DNA of 64,000 nucleotides from Rhizodiscina lignyota (Eukaryota): NCBI GenBank assembly GCA_010015805.1, contig ML978127.1, positions 248,001 to 312,000 of the forward strand, read 5' to 3'. Shown piece by piece: positions 57,524 to 64,000 of this stretch (position 1 is its first letter; each line of letters starts with the position of its first letter). The notes under the pieces were generated by a model. It saw only the letters and a program-made list of their open reading frames with translations, ran no database searches and was not told where the DNA came from. The position numbers and the translations under genes were made by a program.

Positions 57524-58609
57524 ATGGCTCGGTCCATCGAGGAAGAGGACCAGCTCCGGGTAATCACACAGGAAGAGATTCGTGCTTTGGGATATGAGAA
57601 GCGGCCACGGTTGAAGCGTGCAATCAGCACGCTGACTCCGTATGTCCACTCCACCGTTTTCCCGCCACCGGTCGACCTCTCTGAACCTCAGTGCGCGATA
57701 TGCTTCCAAACGTACGCCAATGGCCAAGCTATCATGGCTTTCCAGGGGTGTAAGCATTATTTGCATGCTTCATGTATGATTTATTTCCTCAACACCACGC
57801 AGCGATGTCACCAGTGCTTCGCTGCGGTATTCGACAAAGAGACGATGTGGCAGGTCAAGGAAGAAGCCAAGCACTACGACGCAGTCAAGCAACTAACAGG
57901 ACTCGAGAACCGCCCGAACGTCCGCGAAGCGCTAATGCTTACAGACTTTCGTCTTCTGTCGTCACGGTTTGTGCCGAGATACGGCGCGTGGCAAGGCGCC
58001 CACTGCTTAACGTGCTCCGACGATTATATTGAAGAGGACGCCGTGCTTATCTTCAGGTGCGGCCATTTCATGCACTTTTCGTGTGCCACAGAAATGATGA
58101 GCCGTATGGGCAGGTATAAGTGTGTGGAGTGCGAGACGTCGTTCTGGCCTCGTGAAATCCACAAGGCTATCTTTATAGAAGGCTATAGGCTCGTCGCAAA
58201 GAAAAAATTCGCGCAGGAAAGCCGCCTTCTCGCCCAACGGATGGCTAGGTCGTACGTCATGGGCTACGATCCTGCGACTCGATTTTTAGGAGGTCTGGCA
58301 CTTCAGGCGTCAATGAAGGCACAACGAGCACTTGAAACGCGTGACAGAAACGCTCTTGGCTGGTTGAGGGCGGAGTACCGCTATAGAGAAGAAGCTGAAC
58401 TCGCGGAGCGTCAATGGGCATGGCACGAGTTGCCCCACGTTTTCGACAATCCGGAGGACCACCAAGTACGCACCAAAGCTGAGTGGCCACCATCTGCGGA
58501 TTGGGTCGGGCTCCCTGCGAAAGTTTGGCCCTATCGCCCACGGCAGACAGTGACGTTCAATCTTTCACAGATGACAGTGACGTTCTATCTTAGGGCGCCC
58601 GATGAATAG
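57524..58609 (+). CDS. Protein with two tandem RING-H2 zinc fingers (putative E3 ligase)
   Basis: CAIC..CKHYLHASC..CHQC and CLTC..CGHFMHFSC..CVEC. The ORF is open from 57293; ATG 57524 is my preferred start. Confidence 0.8.
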   Translation: MARSIEEEDQLRVITQEEIRALGYEKRPRLKRAISTLTPYVHSTVFPPPVDLSEPQCAICFQTYANGQAIMAFQGCKHYLHASCMIYFLNTTQRCHQCFAAVFDKETMWQVKEEAKHYDAVKQLTGLENRPNVREALMLTDFRLLSSRFVPRYGAWQGAHCLTCSDDYIEEDAVLIFRCGHFMHFSCATEMMSRMGRYKCVECETSFWPREIHKAIFIEGYRLVAKKKFAQESRLLAQRMARSYVMGYDPATRFLGGLALQASMKAQRALETRDRNALGWLRAEYRYREEAELAERQWAWHELPHVFDNPEDHQVRTKAEWPPSADWVGLPAKVWPYRPRQTVTFNLSQMTVTFYLRAPDE

Positions 58610-59768
58610 GAGAGTTCAAGGCGACGAAGCGCTTGTCCGGGACAATCTCACCCCCAAAAGTTAAGCAGTTGCCACAAATGGTGGCAGTGTCTTTTCTGCG
58701 GGAAGTAAGTTCATGAATCTTGCCCTTTCCATCATCCCTTGTTTTCGGGGTCCTTTTAGGCGTTTTGGAGTTTAGTATTAGGTTGAGGGTTGCATTCTCC
58801 ATTAGAGAAAATGATATGACAATAAAGAATGAAAGAAAAATTATCTGAAACAATGCGATTGACTGTGCTTCCTTTGACTTAATTAGTGGACAATGAAGAG
58901 CCAAGTGACAATGACGGCCAAAGAAGTTTGACGCTTTGGCTGAAAGTGACACGGCGGAATCCTACGCTCGGCGCTCCGAGTTACCGATAGATTATTGGTC
59001 ATGACGGCATGATTGAAACAATATTCTCCGCGCTCTTACTGTGGCATGTAGACAAGTGCACAAAACAATTTATAATCGGCGAAGATGGTGCAGGAGACGA
59101 CAAACTCCCCTCAGCCGCAAGCTCCGTGAAGAATGAAAACAATAGTCAAGCGCGGGCCAACACGCATTTAACGCATCCGCTTAAAATCTCTTAATCTCGC
59201 GCTCATGCCGTCTTCGGCCTAGCGGCAGGGGATGCCAAGGCCCGGCACGAGCTGGATTCGATAAATTTAGGTGAGGCAAGGGCAAGCAGGTAGGCTTAGC
59301 TCGATCCTCTCACGTGACCATGTAGCGGAGCAAACAATGACCTCACTATGGGGCTTGTTATGTTTCCTGCTCGAACTGGTTTCCACCAGCAACGGCCTTA
59401 AAGCAGCTTGAATTCTGCGGGCAGCATTACCATTTGCCACATTTGCACCGAGTTCGGCCTCTATTCCTGCTTCCAGCATTCTTCTCCGCGCTGCACACTG
59501 TCCTCTGCGGCTGATCCTCTCCAGCCAGAGGTACCTAGGTACCTACGGGGTCGCTCGGCCTCCCCATGTCAGCATTCATTTACCCCCGCTGACGCAGTAT
59601 TGGCAAAGTCGCCGCGCCCTTTTCAGCCTCCCCATCCCGCTCCGCCCGTGCCACCTACAACAACTTCACTCGTTCACTTGCATCGACAGCCCCTACGCCG
59701 GCATCGCCTAGCAGGCCTCATCGCATGCAGCTGTCACTCGCTAAATCAGATGCTCTCAGGCCTCCAAC

Positions 59769-61352
59769 ATGATTATCCGAACAGATGTCTTCTGGACAGT
59801 GGTGGCCTCGGCCCTGCTGCTGTCGACGCGACCGGCACATGTCGTCGGCGCAATCGACATCGACGTCAATAGTATAGGTGCGGCCAAGCGTTACCTGCTT
59901 TTCGTGCCATGCGAGAGCTAATTGAACCAGACTCTATTAAGTCGGCCGCCAGTACGGCTGCTTTTGACATGATGACTTTTTACTCCGGCAACCAGAGTGG
60001 CCAGATCCCCGGAAAGCTGGCTGGCACATGGTGGGAAGGCGGCGCCTTGTTTATGACGCTTATTCAGTACTGGTATTTCACTGGAGACACGACTTACAAT
60101 GATGAGGTCTCCGTTGGCATGCAATGGCAAGCTGGCGAGAACGCCGATTACATGCCGAGCAACTGGAGCAGCTATCTGGTAAGTTATATCGTGAACTTCC
60201 TGCGAGCAATTAATTGACAATCATACAGGGCAATGATGACCAGGTCTTTTGGGGATTGGCAGCAATGACTGCTGCCGAATTGAAGTATCCGGATGTGCCT
60301 GACAAGCCATCATGGCTTAGCTTGGCACAGGCCGTTTTGAACACCCAAGCTGCCCGCTGGGATACTACCGCCTGTGGGGGTGGCCTACGCTGGCAGTTGT
60401 ATCCTTACCAGGCCGGTTATACGACAAAGAACTCGGTGTCGAATGGAGGCTTCTTCCAATTGGCCGCTCGTCTTGCCGTCTACACCGGTAATACTAGTTA
60501 CGCTGATTTAGCCAACAAGATGTGGGATTGGTCCAAGAGCGTGCCACTGCTCAATACGCAGACATGGCATGTCGGTGACACGACAAGCATGGAGTCCAAT
60601 TGTACCGATCTGGGGAATATCCAGTGGACGTACAACTATGGCATTTACATGATGGGTGCAGCTTACATGTATAACTTTGTACGTTCCAGATACATCTCTT
60701 TGCAACCTCAACCAGCCATTAAAGCCTCCAACTGTTTCATCTGTATTGAAAGCTAACTGATTCACAGACGGACGGCGGCCAGGAATGGGCGGATGCCGTT
60801 TACGGTCTTCTCAACGTGACACTGGAGACCTTTTTCCCGGACAAGTACGGAGGAAACATCATGAGCGAGGTCGCTTGCGAAGTGAACATGAAGTGCGACA
60901 GGAATCAGGACTGCTTCAAAGGCTTCTTATCACTCTGGTTCGCATTCACAACCTACCTTGTCCCGGGGACAGCAGATCTCATTATACCGAAACTTCAAGG
61001 CTCTGCACAAGGAGCAGCCTCGCAGTGTTCCGGTGGTGGCAGCGGCACCTTCTGCGGTAGACGCTGGTGGCAGAAGACTTGGGACGGCACGCAGTCACTC
61101 GAAGAGCAGTTGTCGACAACCAGTATTTTTACAGCGACTCTGGTTGGCAAGACTGGAGGTCCACCGGTCAAGGCCTCAACCGGCGGAACGAGTAAGAGCG
61201 ATCCGGGCGTTGGTGGAGGAGGGTCGACCAATGACCAGGGAAGCACGGTGTTACTAAAACCCATTACGACGGGCGATAAGGCCGGTGCGGGTATTTTAAC
61301 GGCACTGGTACTAGCGACGATACTTGGCACGGCTTTCTGGCTCGTTAAATAA
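59769..61352 (+). CDS. GH76 alpha-1,6-mannanase / glycosyltransferase, DFG5/DCW1-like, GPI-anchored
   Basis: Signal peptide MIIRTDVFWTVVASALLL; WWEGGALF, catalytic GNDDQVFWG, CGGGLRWQ, WTYNYG and ITTGDKAGAGILT. Introns 59878-59930, about 60179-60228 and about 60679-60767. Confidence 0.94.
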
Positions 61353-61729
61353 TGTCTAAATGATGCGGCATGTCTAAACGGTTTGGCTTGCTCATCCTCT
61401 TTGTAAAGTACGCATTCACGGAGTTTTAGGAGTTTCGATATTGGATGAGGAATTCGAAGGAGTTGAATGCACATCTCGATTCCTTTGTCTGGCGACAATG
61501 AATAGTTTGCCTCTCAACGAAGCCCTGGGACTATCCGAAGTGAGATGAACTTTGACTTTGTTAACATTGCACAGCTGCACAACACGTCGTCCTCACACAT
61601 GTCTCCCGAATTCAGTATATATGTTTTCCAGCTCCCTTGGAACTCGTGCAATTTACGTCTCAAGCCTGGAGAGCATCTCAGTGGCTGAAATTCTCTCTAT
61701 ACCCGTCTTCTCGCGACACATCGAACACG

Positions 61730-62437
61730 ATGGCAACCAGTCCCTTGCGAGAGGACTTCTGCTACTCCCGTGGCAACCGTCCTCTTCCCATCCTAACCAA
61801 TGCAGTCGCATCACTCCGTAGGATAACAATCTCACCTCCCTTCCAGCCAACATGGCGCACTCCCTCCTGTTCGATATGTACGCGGGACTACAAGAATGGC
61901 GACGGAGTCACGGAAATGCCATGTAAACATTGCAGCCACACAGTGTGCCTGCTAGAGTGGCTGAGCACCGAGAGTGCCAATCTTACTTGTCCGGAGTGCC
62001 GCTCACCGGTGTTTGAGCCGTGGGAGACTGGAGCAATCAGAGCGGAATGCAGAGCTGCGGAGAGGGATAGACTCGTCTCTACTCGGAATGCGCCAGCAAT
62101 TAACCGTGACCAAACATCCCACGCTGCGGCCGTCCGCGAAACCGCGCAACAGAATGTCAATCGAATTAGACGAAATGCATATCTCCACGAGCATATGCCC
62201 CAGGCGGAGCGCGTCGAAGTTCGGCATCAGAAGGAGACCGCTGAACAGAGGATCATTGCAACTGCGAATCACTTCGCGACGTTGGCAGAGGCGGAGCAAC
62301 GAAGACTCAGGAGTGCAGTGGCTTGCATGATCAATCGCATTGGGACGTTGGTAGCCCGAGGAGGACGATTAACCAGGCATCAGTTCGATTCAGAACTGGC
62401 GAGGATCCTCGCTTCAGTTGGAGAGTTGAGGATGTAG
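61730..62437 (+). CDS. RING-H2 protein (putative E3 ligase)
   Basis: CSIC..PCKHCSHTVCLLEWL..CPECR; intronless; ATG 61730. Confidence 0.82.
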   Translation: MATSPLREDFCYSRGNRPLPILTNAVASLRRITISPPFQPTWRTPSCSICTRDYKNGDGVTEMPCKHCSHTVCLLEWLSTESANLTCPECRSPVFEPWETGAIRAECRAAERDRLVSTRNAPAINRDQTSHAAAVRETAQQNVNRIRRNAYLHEHMPQAERVEVRHQKETAEQRIIATANHFATLAEAEQRRLRSAVACMINRIGTLVARGGRLTRHQFDSELARILASVGELRM

Positions 62438-63064
62438 ACGTCCTTCATTGTATCCTTATCTCCTGAGAGCATTTTCTATGTCGCAATTTTCTACTAGAGG
62501 TAAGTAATTGAGGATACAGTTCTTTCGCCTTTTTAACTGCGGATTTCACGTGAGTCATATGCGCTCTGTGTTTAAGAGTTTTCTCCCGTCACTGCACAGG
62601 CTTGGCACAACGTATTCGTCTTACTTCAGTCCTTCATCCAACACTCACACACTCCACCTCACAACCTCATCAAAATATCAAGAAATACGCCTCCACGACC
62701 AATCCATCATTGCTTGTTTTGCACTACTATGACTACTGGGCGTTCTTGCCTAACGGAACGCCCGTGTCCAATACTGCGTTCCAGAAGTATGAAATCAATA
62801 GCGGTGTTTTCTTATGCCAACCCACCGTTAAAGCTCATCTACCCATCTCACCTTTGGAATTCTTTCTGCCTACTCCATCCTTGATGTTTTCTTCAGTCTA
62901 CTCTCACTTTGAAAATTCTAGGTCTATGAAACTTGTTCGGTGTTCACCTACTGTCAAGATCACTTCACATGTAATCCAACGCCGAAACACAATCAAGGAT
63001 CAAATCACACGAGGATCAAAAAGAAATCGCGAATCGATACACAATCATCACCCCGGACAGCAAA

Positions 63065-64000
63065 ATGGACGGACAACGTCGCTACACAGACTCTTCTCAC
63101 CGCAACGCCGACCAACACCGACCTTTCCTGATTCTCGGAAACGCCCTTGATCGCCCTTGTTTCCCGAGAGCAAATCTCAACGCCGCCTTTACTCCTGTGT
63201 TCCACCCGTGGCAGGAAAATGCTTGCGTGATTTGTCTGGAGAACTACAACGAAGGCGACGAGGTGATGACGCCGCCCTGTGGACATTATCAGCACACGGA
63301 CTGCTTGTGTGAATGGATCTGTAACGGAAGTACCGACATGGCGTGCCCGGAATGCCGAGCAGAGATGTTTGAAGAGTGGGAGAAGGCTGCTATTATGAGG
63401 GAGCGCCGGGCAGCAGGAGTGCCCGAGACAACATATGATGCCGCCGATGTGGAGTTTGGACCGTTTGATGACATGGAGGTGGACTCCACGGCGGACGGTT
63501 CCATGGAGGACGGTTCCATGGAGGACGGTTCCACTGAGGACGGTTCCTCCGACCATAATCTTTGGGAGGATGATGAGTTCTGGGAGGATTGGCATCAGAT
63601 GATTGAGGATGCCCCTTTGGATCCTGGCTTCGAAGAGGGTTATAGCCATGACATTGAACAGGACGAGTCTTTTGATGCTGCCGACTTTATCTCGACGGCG
63701 GCGAACGGTGAGATTGAGGATATCGCATCGCGCAGCGATACGCATCTGACATCCACGGAGTGGGCTGAGCGGTCCAGTATCATCTGCAATCGAATCAGCG
63801 AGGCGCGAGACGAGTACGTGTCACTGACTCGGCATGAACAGTGCGCGTTGCTGCTCCGTGTCGAACGAATCATCAGAAACCTTGCTGAGTTGGTGCTAAG
63901 GGAGAAAGGGGGACCGTTGACGAGGGAGGAGTTCGATCACGAACTGGAGGCGAGACCGTGGACTGTGGGACACGTAAGGGTGGGGTGGACCATGAACGTG
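63065..64000 (+). CDS. RING-H2 protein, paralog of 61730-62437, truncated by the window edge
   Basis: ATG 63065 MDGQRRY...CVICLENYNEGDEVMTPPCGHYQHTDCLCEWICNGSTDMACPECR. Open to the end of the window, so it is missing from the ORF track. Confidence 0.82.
   Translation, partial: MDGQRRYTDSSHRNADQHRPFLILGNALDRPCFPRANLNAAFTPVFHPWQENACVICLENYNEGDEVMTPPCGHYQHTDCLCEWICNGSTDMACPECRAEMFEEWEKAAIMRERRAAGVPETTYDAADVEFGPFDDMEVDSTADGSMEDGSMEDGSTEDGSSDHNLWEDDEFWEDWHQMIEDAPLDPGFEEGYSHDIEQDESFDAADFISTAANGEIEDIASRSDTHLTSTEWAERSSIICNRISEARDEYVSLTRHEQCALLLRVERIIRNLAELVLREKGGPLTREEFDHELEARPWTVGHVRVGWTMNV
63494..63547 (+). repeat. 15-bp coding tandem repeat (DGSME)n
   Basis: GACGGTTCCATGGAG twice, then GACGGTTCCACTGAG and GACGGTTCC. 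Confidence 0.9.

Noticed and set aside
59529..59544. Perfect 16-bp palindrome AGGTACCTAGGTACCT
   Set aside because: AGGT/ACCT simple repeats are common in fungal intergenic DNA; no other support.
1..64000. tRNA, rRNA, transposon, CRISPR or genome-wide TAG recoding
   Set aside because: No T-loop/cloverleaf, transposase, reverse transcriptase, LTR or spacer array seen. Several conserved genes terminate normally at TAG.

Overview
Eukaryotic, gene-dense DNA from a filamentous ascomycete (Pezizomycotina-type genes; short GT..AG introns with CTAAC/CTGAC branch sites). About 32 protein-coding genes could be reconstructed by hand. Recognisable ones include a Zn2Cys6 transcription factor, a DHA1-type MFS transporter, a FAD-linked sterol-reductase-like oxidoreductase, acyl-protein thioesterase, an AIF/AMID-like oxidoreductase, MCM1, the PLS1 tetraspanin, a SHB17-like phosphatase, an aldo-keto reductase, a GNA1-like acetyltransferase, COX15, a BTB protein and a GH76 mannanase. 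The most notable system is a compact three-gene copper-acquisition module at 30.7-36.9 kb: a GPI-anchored His-brace BIM1/X325-like protein, a Ctr copper transporter, and a divergently transcribed metalloreductase with Met-rich and Cys-rich extensions, with Mac1-like elements between them. Other highlights are a secreted Gly/His-rich repeat protein that looks like a kexin/Ste13-processed peptide precursor, a long gene broken only by two in-frame TAG codons and ending in a HicA-like domain, a group of intronless RING-H2 genes, and a ~65-bp inverted repeat straddling a stop codon. I found no tRNA, rRNA, transposon or CRISPR array. Family assignments come from recognised motifs, not database searches, and intron boundaries are manual calls.
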